Made by a program: the position numbers and the translations under genes
In this document: positions 26,870-39,914 of the stretch, one piece after another
Position numbering within the stretch: position 1 is the first letter of the stretch
Layout of the letters: the number at the start of each line of letters is the position of its first letter
Notes under the pieces: model-generated
What the model saw: the letters and a program-made list of their open reading frames with translations, nothing else
The model's database searches: none
What the model was told of the DNA's origin: nothing
Source of the DNA: Blepharisma stoltei ATCC 30299
Lineage: Eukaryota > Protista > Ciliophora
Assembly (NCBI GenBank): GCA_965603825.1
Contig: CBFDEM010000064.1
Coordinates: forward strand, 62,001 to 126,000
DNA length: 64,000 nt
Reading direction: 5' to 3'

Positions 26870-27699
26870 AATTCTTTAAAGAATTAACTTTCTCTAATCA
26901 AAGGATATTTAATTAAAAAGCAATCAATTTTTAATACATGATAGCCAAATGTGAATCAAATAAAGGTTTGTTTGTTTGTTTGAAGCTTTAACTCTTATAA
27001 AGCTAAAAAAATTATGCTGAATTTATATTTTTCAACCCATTTTTGGTGGCTTTATAATTTATACAGATCATGTAGTAGATATCAAACAACCTCCTAGTTC
27101 CAGAAATAGACTAGCTACAGTTATTAGCTCTTAACCGTGACTTTCTTGACTAAAAGTACAGTCATAGCTCCTTTTCTAGGAACAATAAAATTATTTTAAG
27201 CAAGTGCAAATTTTAAAACATTATTATTTATGAGTCACAGCTTAGCATTAGTCCGAAATGAGCTAGTAATGGACTCTTGTCCTTTAGATAAAGGATTATG
27301 TGGAAGTGCGCTATCTATACAAAAAATCTAGGAAAATACCTTTGGAATATATAAATAAACTTAGCCAGGTATGATTGAGCTTAAAAGGCAAGTTTTCGGA
27401 AAATATTTTGAGGTGCATGCGCTGCTTTTAAGATCAGCTCAGGATTGAGACTAATTAAGCATTCAAAATGCTGCCTTGTTGGGCAGAATCATAAGAGAAC
27501 TACAAATAAAGATGCTAAACTTTAACATGCAATTATGTTGCAAAAATTTTAAACAAATTTTCAAATTATTACGATTAGAGGAAACCCTTATAAAGATTGC
27601 TTAAACCAAAAAACTAAATAAAACTAAATTTTTTCTTAAGTATTAAATAGTTGCATATGTTCATTTTTTAACTTTATATAAAAAACCTAATAGAAATAA
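26870..27699. repeat. Upstream block shared by plus-strand CxxC genes
   Basis: Homologous to 37340-38137 and 41760-42545. A ~330-bp sub-block also occurs at 36556-36910 and 40972-41330, and partially at 46290-46500. Confidence 0.8.
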
Positions 27700-29407
27700 A
27701 TGGTGGTGCCAGTGTTTATTCTTATCCTGATGTTTGGAGCTTCTGCAATGCAAAACAACATCATTGAGCACGAGGAAAGTTCTGATGGTGACTTTATTGC
27801 TCCTATTACAGATCCTGAGATTCTTAACCAGCTTTTCCAAAACAATGATAGCCAAGGATCTAGCCAAGAAATAAAGCCAAATGCTACAGAAAAAGAAAGA
27901 AGACTAGACTCACCAACCTGCACAAGTGATCAAGCTAATTGCCAGACTGTGCATCTGCAACACTTTGCGGAACTTGCAAAACAGCTAGCTATATTCCTGA
28001 CATTAGTGGCGGATGCATCCAAACTCATGTGAAAAATTGTGCTATTGTTTCTTCCTATGATTCATGTAGTGTTTGCAAAGCAGGCTATTATCAAGGCTGT
28101 ACATCATGCGATGACTTAATTCCAGGTTGTAATGATTGCACTGATGATGGACAATGCATAACTTGCGGTTCAGGATATCACCTAGATGATTCGACTGCAA
28201 CTTGCGTGGCTTGCAGCAATCCTCTTTGCGATTCTTGCCCAGGTGATACTTGCAGCAAATGCAAGCCAGGGTATCTCTTATACATGGGAGATTGTACACA
28301 ATGCTCCAGTCCTATACCAAATTGCCAAGAATGCTGAGACAGCACCTTATGCACCAAATGTAAGACAGGGTATATTCTAAATGAAAATGACCAATGCACC
28401 GAATCATCAATACTAAATTGCCGTCGACTTAATTCTGGTGCAATGCAATGTACAATTTGTGCGAGCGGGTATTACCTTAGTGGTAGCTCGTGTACTTAAA
28501 TTCCATGCGCAAGCAATCAATACTGGGATGATTACAACAAGCAATGCAAGGATTGCAGCTTAATTACTTCATATTGCATCGGTTGCTCCATAGATGGAAA
28601 ATGCACTTTATGCTCAAGTGGTTATGCAATTAGTAGTGCTGGCTCATGCCTCGCTTCAACTCTTTCTCATTGCGCACTGGTTGATTATTCAGATCCAAGT
28701 AATTGCTTGGGATGCCTCACTGGATATATCAATGGCGGAGCAGGAGGGTGCATACAGTCTCCACTAATGTATTGCAACAAGGTCTCTGATGCTTATACTT
28801 GCACAGCCTGTTCTACTGGAGCAGCTAACGGCTGTGGCTCATGAACGCACTTAATACAATCCCTAATTGTGTTTGTGCTGCTCATGGCGGCTCATTTTGC
28901 ATCAAATGCAATGATGACTCTATTCTTAATGCAGGCTCATGCACTAAAGGTATTTTTCTATTTAGTTTGTCCTTCTAATTGTGCGGATTGCACTTCGAGA
29001 AACGTATGCACTCAATGCAATTCAGGATATTTCCTATATTACGAGAGTGCGACTAAAATAAGCTGTGTTTGTAAGATTTATTTAGCATGTGCCGATTCGT
29101 GCAATTTGTGCACTAATAGCCCTATTTGCTTCAAGTGTGCTGACTTAATAGTCCAAGATGCAGAGTGGATAAAGTAGGGTTTCAAATAGGCTTTGAAGAT
29201 CCATATATCGTTATTGATTTTGCTAACCCACTTTCGAAAACGGTAGTTTTTAAGTCTTTTACAGCTAAGAAAGATCAAGTTACTATTCCTACAGCAGGTT
29301 GGAGTATCAAATCATCGACAGTAAACCAAATCAAGGTTCAGACTGATTTGGATGAAAGTAAGTTTCCAATTGATATTGTGTTTACCTTTAAAGAGAATGA
29401 CTCTTAG
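27700..29407 (+). pseudogene. CxxC-repeat gene, full-length pseudogene
   Basis: 1-nt deletion at ~27947, premature TAA at ~28497, further indels at ~28843 and ~29160. 16-nt intron 28950-28965 is still present. Confidence 0.85.
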
Positions 29408-29518
29408 AAGTTAACTAGAGAATATGTTTTCTTTGGTCTTTCTTAAATTTTTTGTAAATTTTTTATCATTTTGACTTTGATTGTGCAAAAAACATAGCTA
29501 TACTTTTTTATGATTACC

Positions 29519-29826
29519 AGATTCTTGCCCAAGTGGTGGTTGCGAAAATGCAAGACAGGCTATTTTGTAGAAGGTTACAGTTGCACAAAATGTTCCACTT
29601 ATAATACAGGTTGCGAAGAATGCTCAAATTATAGCAAATGCACCAAATGTCAGACAGGGTATATTCTAAATGAAAATAGCAAATGCACCGAATCATCAAT
29701 ACTAAATTGCCATCAACTTAATTCTGGTACAATGCAATGTACAGCTTGTGCGAGCGGGTATTACCTTAGTGGTAGCTTGTGTATCCAAATTTTATGCGCA
29801 AGCAATAAATACTGGGATGATTCCAG
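29519..29826 (+). pseudogene. Internal fragment of CxxC gene truncated by retroelement
   Basis: CKTGYFVEG...NKYWDDS, then an abrupt switch to APE-coding DNA on the minus strand. Confidence 0.85.
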
Positions 29827-31092
29827 AGTATGCTTCTATCACTGTGAGATTTGCTATTGATGTCCCTACAATTTTTCCTTTCATAAACAGTTTTGTTTCT
29901 CCTGTAACTAGCCTCTTTTTAAACAGTATTCCTACCCCAGAACTTCTTTCTGACCCTGGATTGTGTAGTCAACTATATCCGTCTATCGATGGTAGTAAAT
30001 CTGCTTCAGAGCAGTGAGTTTCGCTGACGCCTAGTATTTCTGCATTTGTGTCCTCTAAAAACTGCTTTATTTGTTGTTTCTTCTGCTTGATTTCATACGC
30101 ATTGACATGAGCGATCGTTGTCACCTTATTTTCCGCTCTTCTGGCTCACTTCGTCGCCTGAGCATCCATCCCTGACTCAATCGGTGTTCTTTTTCTAGGC
30201 CCATGAGTGTCCTCCTTTACCTGTATTTCCTGATTTTCCTTTTTCTTCTCTTCAAAGCTTATCAGGTCAGCATATGTAGAGTTATTATGCTTATCCTCTT
30301 CTAATTTCATTCTAAGGGCTAAAGTATCCGCAGCAGTTGCCACGCGCTTTTTCTTTTCTTCCTCCTTCTTCTTCCTCCTGATACAATCAATTCTTATCCT
30401 TTCTTGCCTCCTTTGTTCTATCTTCATGTGCCCTTCGCTGTTATGGCCAATTTGTCCGCATGTCTCACAGTATAGTGATGCTGCATGGTTAAGGTAGATT
30501 CTCTTCCCCCTTATGATGATCTCTTCTGGCAAATCGATTGCATCTTCCAACCTCCGGAATTCTCCGTAGATCTTGCATTTGGATTCTGGGCTAAAGTGAA
30601 CTGCATATCAAGTGTTCATATTCCTTATGGTGTTATCGACAATAATCTCCACAATTTTGCATTTGCTACTCAATGCTTCTGTTACAGCTTCTATACCTAC
30701 TTCCGCTGGTAAAGTCACCTGTATTAGATATTTGGCATAATTGATTTCCCCTTCTCTTCCAACTGGCCCAACCAGTACATTTACATTTTGGTTTCCTTGC
30801 TGGATCACTATCCTTCCGTACTCCAGCAGCTGTTTCCTCATCTTCTCATTAGTGAAGACCGCAATTACATCACCTGATGGAAGCTGCCTGCATTTCATCA
30901 CGTCTCCTGGTCTTGTACTCATCTCTAATGCTACTATGAACGCTATATAAAGCTCTCTTTTCTCGTCACGATCCTCCTTGGTCTTGTATTTGGATAGATA
31001 TATCTTAAGTGAATTCTCGAGAAAGAGTGATTCGTTAATTTCTGGCAACATTTGGTTCGGAGATGCAAATCCATAAAACGTCCCGTGTTCGC
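29826..31092 (-). mobile_element. Non-LTR retrotransposon fragment: Gag/ORF1-like + Zn knuckle + start of APE endonuclease
   Basis: One continuous frame with TGA=Trp at 30608, 30146 and ~29970. Contains CETCGQIGHNSEGH, a K/E-rich coil, then IAHVNA...LGVSETH...SSGVGIL...EAYS. GC content is visibly higher than the flanks. Confidence 0.85.
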
Positions 31093-31094
31093 TT

Positions 31095-31330
31095 AGTGAT
31101 TCTTGCTTAATTTCATTGATTTTTAACTTTTTTCAACTAAAATTTTGATTATGGCTTGTTTGGTTTGAGAGTTTGCTTCTAAAAGAAGCGGCTGAATATC
31201 ATGAGAAAGCTCAGATGATTTTGAATGCTTAATAATGTGAGCCTTGCAAATAAGGGTGCGTGGAGAAGTGCACTTACAAAACCTTGGCTTTTTGAGTGCA
31301 TTTCGGATAAAAACACATATGATTTTCCAT
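31095..31330 (-). pseudogene. N-terminal Cys/His (B-box-like) fragment of a host gene abutting the retroelement
   Basis: MENHMCFYPKCTQKAKV/CKCTSPRTLICKAHIIKH with frameshifts. Confidence 0.55.
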
Positions 31331-31512
31331 ATATATTTTAAAGATTTAAATTTTGATTTATTATTTTACTTTAAAAGATTATTTTAAATCTTTACCAATT
31401 TTTAGCTAAGCAGCTCAATTGATAAAAATATCTCAATTTAAATTTACTTCTTTAGAATTAGCTAGTTCAGTAATGTAAATTTAAATATATTTCATATATA
31501 GAGATAATAAAA

Positions 31513-34500
31513 TTAGCGCTCTGCTAAATTTTCTTTACTTTCTACATCATTTGGAACAAAATTAGTTTCGCACAAAACCTCTTGCCTAACTTTATTGATC
31601 TCCTTGGCGCTAACTTTTTTTCCAAAAGAAAATCTAACTAGCAGGCTGATATCGAATTGTTTTCCAGCATCAAGTAAGCTGGGATAATATTTACAGTTCA
31701 TATATATTCCAGCGACAACCATTGATGACCACCCAAGGAATTGCAGCGCAAATCACAGTTTTGCTAGTTTATTAGGGTAAATCCAATATAAAGACGAAAT
31801 AATAGCACTTCATATCAATGCAGAGTACGAAATATTTGTCCATAAATTGCACCTATGGTAGTTATAAAATTTTTTCTTCCGTAAAATCAGGAAAAACAAG
31901 ATAAAGGATATAATGTAAATAAACCCATATAAAGACTGATTAAAGGGTTTTAGGATTTTACTTAAGATGACAATAATAACCTGAAGCATTGCTTTTGAAA
32001 TCAGGTAAAGAGGAGAAGCTCTTATATTTATATGGTCATTCGAGTGGTTTCAATAGGGCTTCAAGAAAATTGCAAGTGGCAAGTAAATAATTAAAATAGA
32101 AATTGAGAGTGCGCCAATGTATAAATGACTATCTTTTCAGCAAAACACTGAGCAGTCTCATCTCACAAAACTATTTGAAAGTTCATTACCAATCGCTTGA
32201 TCACACTGAACTACGCTTATTAAAAATGACACAATCGGCAGAAAACAAATATTACCAAGGATTAAGACCAGTATTTGAGCAAAATCTCCTAAAAAATAAA
32301 AAATAAAGAACGAATATTTCGCATCAACCGCTAAAAGAATGTTGAAGCTGATATAAATTCATGTCCCTGCAGCACCTAAAATTATATATGTAAAGTACCA
32401 AAATTTATTTCTTTCTATCATTCAATCTAAGTTCAAGGCAATATATCCAGCAAGTAAGCTGGAATATTCATCATATTCCTTTATATCAGGACTCATAGCT
32501 AAAAACTGTAAAAAGTTTATAAAAATGATCAAGTGTTCGAGATAGTCTTCAAATTTTGCTTGGGCTTTAACACTTAGATTATTAATTCTAATATGCTTTC
32601 AGCTTTTCCATGCAAAATTGGTTGCCGTAGCTGCGACAATAAGTACAAAAAAACAAAAGCCATAAAGAATAGCTGCACCTTTAGTCGAGTATTCAATTAA
32701 TTTTTCATCAAAAGGACATTCACCTTCCATAATCATATCAGACGGATAAGTAGTAGTCATATTATCATTTCATATTATTGTTTCATAAAAAGAAAAGAGC
32801 TGGGTGCTGCCTCAATCATATTTTCCGACAAGATAGTCGTCCAATGAGTTTTGCTTTTCGTCCCACCTAAAATTAAATACACCCATCAGTCCTGTGCTTC
32901 TATCATTAGATCCAGGAGCAATTGAGACAGTTCCTGAGCAGCCTGTAAACTTTTGCTTTCTTAGATTTGAGTTGAGTATTGAGGAATCTTCTATATTCTT
33001 TCCTTGAGTAATTGTATACTTAATGCCACTTGCCAATAGCATTGCAGAGTCAAAAGAAAAGCACCTGTAGACTAGAGCATCTCCTCTGGAGCTGTGCTGC
33101 TTTTCAATAACGTTTTTAACCTGTTTCCCATATTCTCCCACCCAATCAATTTGATCAATAATTATACAATTATAAAATAGTTCATTTAGCTTGTGTATTT
33201 GGGTCGGGTCTGTTTCAGTTAATGTATAAAAAGTAACTTTAGCAAAGTGTAAAAGCAAAAAATTGTTTCTTCTAAAGCCAATATCATATAAATCTTGCAT
33301 AAAATAAAACAGCCATGGTGGCGAGAATAAAAGAATATATATTCTGACGTTTGAATTGAGGGCTTTTTGTAGCCATGGCTTATACTTTTCAAAATCACTG
33401 TGCCTATAATTAGCATTAAGCATCCTTTCATTTCTATCGTTTTCAATTTTTATATTTGACTTATTCACCAAGGCTTCAAAATAGTCGTAGATTGCGACAT
33501 TTGGAAGAGAACTAATATAATACACATTGATGTGCTTTCAATTGAACACTGATAAAAGACTGAATAGCACACCTACATTGAATCTTTGTTCTTTATAAAC
33601 TCTCATGAATTCAGGAAACGCTGCCTCATCAGTTAGTTGTACATGTGGAGCAAACTCTGATACATGAGGGATCGAAACATTTAATTTTCGAAGGGTATTG
33701 ATGTATCCTATACAAGTAGTTGAAGCGTAGCTCGTTAAAAAGCCTATTCCAAGGCGGTCTTTCACCTTGCTGAAGCAGTTAAAGGCGAAAGTTGCATTGT
33801 AGACATCTGCTCCACAATCTGTATGAGCAACCTGAAACTCAAATCCGTCAAAAAAATGGGAGCTTACTATATATTCTAATGCGTAATTTGCTCCTCACTT
33901 TATTACACTTCCATAACTACTGTTTGGAAAGCCTGGATTGGTGTCCCCATCGGCCATAGAAATGGGGATACTTGTAATTGGAGCGTTAGGAAATAGTGTA
34001 GAGTTTCCAGGAAATATGATCTGGCTGGATATTGTGACTTCATTATGGAAAATTTCGCCTACTTTAACTCTTTTATTATTTTGGACATTCAGTAATGAAA
34101 ACCTTGGAAGCGGATGATGCTCAAAAGTTTCTTTTTCTAAAAGATCTCTCAATGACACTCTATTTTGCCCTTCACTGAAATTTAAAATTAATCGAATGAA
34201 ACTTATACAGCTTAAGGATTCATAGCTTATATAATCAAATGAGTTTTCTAAACCTTCCTCGACATATGCCAAAATACCATTTTCATCAGTGCCTCAAAAA
34301 CTGTTGCTTCCCAAAACTATTCCGCTGCCAAAATTAAAAATATTTTTTTCTTTTAAACTTTGTAATAATCATTTTGCACTTTCCCCATTTGCCAAAATGA
34401 CGATATTTCTTGTACCAATTTTTTTAATTTCTTTTCCCACAAATAAATCAGCCAAATTTTGGTCTTTAGTGTCAGCACATATAAAAATGCTGACCGTTTT

Positions 34501-34956
34501 ATTCGGAAACTCATAGGAATTTTTTTTTTGCAATTCATCAGAAAGCACGATAAATTTATTTCAATTTAAAAAATCAACAAGAGCTGAAAGTGCATTTTGA
34601 TGCGCTTTTGATGAGTAGTGGGTAAAAAACCTCCAATCACTGTAAGAGTTTTCAATGTTTTCAAGACTGATTACTATTGATTGGGTTTGACTCGCGAAGC
34701 TATTGATGCACTCGGCCAAAGAAAAGCTTGAAGTCAGGTCAATTATGGCTTGCATGTCTCCGTCTTGATGCAAAATGTCAGAGCAAGAAGTTATTAATAC
34801 ATTCTTTAGAGCTATTTGGTCAGCAAAAGTTTGCAACAGTGATACTGATAAGTTATTTGCAAGCTCTATGTCTGTCAAATTACTATGGAATAATCCTATG
34901 AGCATTTGACACCAAATAATTTGGAAGGAAAAGTAAAAAATTCAATAACCTTTCAT
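31513..34956 (-). CDS. Venus-flytrap/ANF-receptor-like ectodomain + multi-pass TM protein, ~1147 aa
   Basis: All minus-strand ORFs here share one frame via TGA=Trp. Signal peptide, then LTDEAAFPEFMRV, FN(W)KHINVYY, FSFDSAMLLA, FTGCSGTVSI, then roughly seven hydrophobic segments including DCSVFC(W)KDSH. Confidence 0.85.
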
Positions 34957-35399
34957 TTTTGTCACATTAATTCAACGAAAGACTATTAGCCATTTTCAGT
35001 ACGTAAAAGAAGTTTTAATAAATTGTCGGCTGATTCCTTGAAATTAAAAATCTTAAAATTGTGAAATTTTTTTATTATAAAATTAATAGTTTATGGATAA
35101 TAAACTAATCTAAGCAAAAAATAATAAAAATAATCCTAATTTTTGGAATTAATACTTAATCTGGTATAAAAGCTTTTTTATATAAAGAAATAACATGGCA
35201 TTTGTTGGAATTTCTGATAGCGCGACATATATAATTAAAATATATATGCTTGGATTTTCTAGTCTACTGACCAGAAGTATATTTTCAATAATTATAGCAC
35301 CATAAATTTCTCTTGTCACTTCAGAGTTTATAATAATGAAATAATATAATTTATTAAAAGATAGTTATAAATACAATCCTTTCTTTGTACTAAATTTTA

Positions 35400-36366
35400 A
35401 AAAAGACTTTACCTTTTATTTAAGTTCGATCATTACCTTTTGGTCTAAATTAAATTTGTAAAATCCACTATTTGTCATGATATAGATGTCTCCTTTATTA
35501 TATACACAATAATCTTGATTATGATAACAAATTTTTTGACTTTGCTATTTGCTTCCAATTATATTCATCTTCAATCCATCTTTCATAGATCAAGCCAAGC
35601 TCTAATTCGATCAAATATAGTCTATTTTCTGCATTTATAAGTATTTTTGGTACATGATATTCAAAGCAATAAGGAATGTTGGAGTAAGAGTCGGTGTCAA
35701 TTGAATATAGAAAAATCCTATTGTTTTCATATCCAGAAACCAAAATTTTCCGATTCAATAATACACTATGGCAAGTGCAATCAGCTTGCTGCATTTGAAT
35801 TAATTCCTTCATCGATTTTTGTCCAAATCAAATCTCAAAGACAGAGCCAAGCTGCCAGAAATTCTATTATATCCTCCAAAACAACAGACATTTCTGTCGA
35901 AATAGATAGCTGAGGAATAGTAGCAAGGTACGCCAGATGGGTTTTAGTGATTTTTTGAATCTTTAAATCGGTGAATTTCACTAAAATAAGATTGATCTGA
36001 ATATATCAGCACAATATTAATAATAAATAAAAAATTAATGTTTTTAACCCTGATGGAATCTCTCTAACTCCCAAGCTCCTATCAATTATTAATGCAACTC
36101 CAGAAAGTGTGAGGCTGCCAAAACAGAACAGCTCATCATTTGGAAGCTGAGCAATACATGTGCCATTATTTAAATGTATTGAAGTTTTCAAACTTTTTGC
36201 TTCTTTTTTGTCATTTTCAGTGTCATAAACAAGCAAATCAGTTCCCTTTTCACTCTCTTCAATAATGTAAAGAGTGTCTCTTCCCAAAATCTTGATTTGT
36301 GTCGGAACTATTGACTTTGCTTCAAATAGCAGGTTTTTTATGTTTTGGTTTTTGAAATACTTTCAT
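35400..36366 (-). pseudogene. Kelch-like beta-propeller family pseudogene (discontinuous)
   Basis: TCIAQLPNDELFCFG and CHSVLLNRKILVSGY...FLYSIDTDSY pieces lie in separate interrupted frames. Confidence 0.6.
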
Positions 36367-37025
36367 AATTATCGGATACAGAAAATATAAGCTGTTTCAT
36401 GAATTTTTGACTGTATTATATAATAAAAATATGACGGAGAGTCAAATTTGATTTGGACTAATAATACTCATTCACTGAAGAAGAAATTTGTATGATTATC
36501 TAATAATCATACTTATTATATATTATAAGATCATATGGTAAATCGATCCAACCCCTTAAGGGAGAATAAATTAAAAAATTATCATTTTTTAATATTTGAT
36601 AGCCAAATGTGTATTAAAATACAGGGCTGCTTCTTTGAAGCTTTAAAATTTTAATTACTCTCATAGCTAATATAATTTATGCTGAAAGTGTGGAAATTGT
36701 TATAATTTCGAGCCATTTTTGGTGGCCTTATAATTTATACAGGCCATGCAGTAAATATCAAATGACTTTCTTAATTCCAGAAATAGACTAGCTTCAATTA
36801 TGAGCTATTAACAGTGAATTTTTTGACTAAAAATACAGTCATAGCTCCTTTTCTGAAACAATAAAATTATTTTTAGCAAGTAGAAATTTTAAAGCATTAT
36901 AATTTGCAACAAATTAAATAACTTTAGTTCAATTGATGAATTTTCATAAAGCTAATTCCTTAAGGCTGAAATATTCACATAAGTCGAAAATTTTTTCCCT
37001 TTTTTAAAATGGTTAATAAAAATAT

Positions 37026-37310
37026 ATGGTAGTGCCAGCGTTTATTCTAATCCTGATGCTTGAAGTTTCTGCAATGCAAAACAACATCATTGAGCATGAG
37101 GAAGTTTTGATGGCAACTTTAATACTCCAATTAAAGATCCTGAGGTTCTTAATCAGCTTTTCCAAAACAACGATGGTCAATTAGTGAGCAAAGAAATAAG
37201 GTCAAATGCTACAGTAAAGAAAGAAAACTAACACCAACCTGTGCAGAAGGTCAAAATAATTGCCAGACTTGTGCATCTGCAACCCTTGCAGATTTTGCAC
37301 AACAACTCTT
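37026..37310 (+). pseudogene. 5' fragment of CxxC gene
   Basis: Signal and pro-region only; frameshifted and truncated. Confidence 0.85.
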
Positions 37311-38137
37311 GCTATACATGCATAAATCGAAGACTCCAAAATTCTTTAAGGGAATTAATTTTCTCTAATCAAAGGAGAATTACTTAAGCACTATCAATTT
37401 TTAATACTTGATAGCTAAATATTAATTAAATAAAGGTTTGTTTGTTTTAAGATTTAAATTTTAATTACTCTTATAAAACTAAAATAATTTATGCTGAATT
37501 TATTCGAACCGTTATATTTTTCGAGCCATTTTTGGTGACTTTATAATTTATGCAGGCCATGCAGTAGATATCAAATGACGTTCTTAATTCCAGAAATAGA
37601 CTAGCTTCAATTATTAGCTATTAACTGTGACTTTCTTGACTAAAACACAGTCATAGCTCTTTGCCAGAAACAATAAAATTATTTTTAGCAAGTAGAAATT
37701 TTAAAGCATTATTGTTTATTTACAACAGCTTTGCATTAATTCGAATGGGCAAGTAATGGACTCTTGTTTTAGATAAAGGATTATTTAGAAATGCGGTATC
37801 TATAATAGAGATCTAGGAAAATACCTTTGAAATATATAAAAAACTTAAGCTGGTATGATCGAGGCAAGTGCTTAGAAAATATTTGGAGGCATATGCTGGT
37901 TTTTAAGATCAGCTCAGGATTGAAAATGATTAAGCATTCAAAATGCTGCTTGTTGGCGAGAATCATAACAGAATTACAAATAAAGATGCTAAGCTGCAAT
38001 TTTATTGCAAAAATTTTAAACAGCTTTTAGAAATATTACATAAAAAATTCAAAACACTGAATAAACCTAAATTTTCCCTTAAGGCTGAATTGTTTAATCG
38101 ATTTTTTCCACTTAATTTAAAAGCTTAATAAAAATAA

Positions 38138-39852
38138 ATGGTGTTGCCAATGTTTATTCTTATCCTGATGCTTCAAGCTTCTGCAATGCAAAACAATATT
38201 ATTGAGCATGAGGAAAGCTCTGATAGTGACTCTAAAGCTCCTATTACAGATCCTGAGATTCTTAATCAGCTTTTCCAAAACAATGATAGTCAAGGATCTA
38301 GCCAAGAAATAAGGTCAAATGTTACAGAAAAAGAAAGAAAACTAACAGCAACCTGCACAAATGGTGAAAATAATTGCCAGACTTGTGCATCTCCAACACT
38401 TTGCGGAACTTGTCTGCAAACTAATGCTATTCCTGACATTAATGGAGGATGCACCCAAACATATTTAAAAAATTGTGCTCTTGTTTCTTCCGATACTGTA
38501 TGTAGCTCTTGCAAAGCAGGCTATTATCAAGGCTGTAAATCATGCAGTGACTTAATTCCAGGTTGTACTGCTTGTTCTGATGATGGGAGATGCGTAACTT
38601 GTGGTCCAGGATATCAACTAGATGATATGACTTCAACTTGTGTGGCTTGCAGTAATCCACTCTGCGATTCTTGCTCAAGTGGTTCTTGCAGTAAATGCAA
38701 GCCAGGGTATTTTGCAGACGCTGGCACTTGTAAAGAATGTTCCAGTTCTATTACACGTTGCCAAGAATGCTCAAAGAGTGACCAATGCACCAAATGTGCG
38801 GCAGAATCAACATTAAATCACAATTCCCAATGCACCCTTGATTGAAAATCAAACTGTATTGTACTTAATTCTGGTACAATGAATTGTATAACTTGTGAGA
38901 GTGGATATTACCTTATTGGTGGTCGTGTGCCCAAATACTATGCATAAGCACTGAATACTGGGATGGCACAAGCAAGCAATGCATTGCATGCAGCACAATT
39001 GATCAAAAATGCATCGCTTGCACCTCAGATAAAAAATGCACCTCATGCTCAGGTGGTTTAATAGCTAGTGAATCAGGCTTTTGCTTCATTTCATCTCTTT
39101 CTAATTGCGCTATGGTTAAAGCTACAGATCCAAATTATTGCGTGAAATGCAAAACTGGATATATCTCTAACGGGGCAGGAGGGTGTATACAGTCTCAACT
39201 AAAGTATTGTGATGCGGCTTCTGATGCTTATACTTGCACAACCTGTTCTACTGGAGCTGCTAAAAGCTGTGGCTCATGCAACGCAATTAATACTCTCACT
39301 AATTGTGCTTGTGCTTCTCAAGAGGGCTCATTTTGTGTCAAATGCAATGATGGCTATATTGTTAAAGCAGGCTCATGCTCTAAAGGTATTTTCTATTTAG
39401 ATTGCTCTTCTAATTGTGAGGATTGCACTTCGAAAGACGTATGCACTCAATGCAAGTCAGGATATTTCCTTTATTATGAAAGTGCGTCTAAAACAAGCTG
39501 CGTTTGTAAGATTTATTTAGCATGTGCCGATTCGTGCAATTTGTGCACTACTCGTCCTATTTGTTTTGATTGTGCTGGCTTAATAGTCCAAGATGGAAGT
39601 TCGTGCAGAGAGGATAAAGTAGGGTATCAATTGAGTTTCGACTCTCCATATATCGTTGTTGATTTTGCCCACCCGCTTTCGAAAGCGGTAGCTTTTGATT
39701 CTTTTACTGCTAAGAAAGGTGAAGTTGTTGTTCCTACAGGAGGTTGGAGTGTCAAATCATCGACAGTAAGCCAGATCAAGGTTCAGACTGATTTGGATGT
39801 TTCTCAGCTTCCAATTGATGTCACCTTCAGCTTTAAGGAGATTGACTCTTAG
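38138..39852 (+). pseudogene. CxxC-repeat gene with a single 1-nt frameshift
   Basis: TGA at 38843 is Trp. ggtggtcgtgt at ~38920 lacks one base relative to paralogs; otherwise intact. 15-nt introns at 39386-39400 and 39506-39520. Confidence 0.75.
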
Positions 39853-39914
39853 AAGTTAATTAACTTTCTCTATTCTTAATCAGATGATTAACTAATTTTT
39901 CTGGCTCTGCTTTT

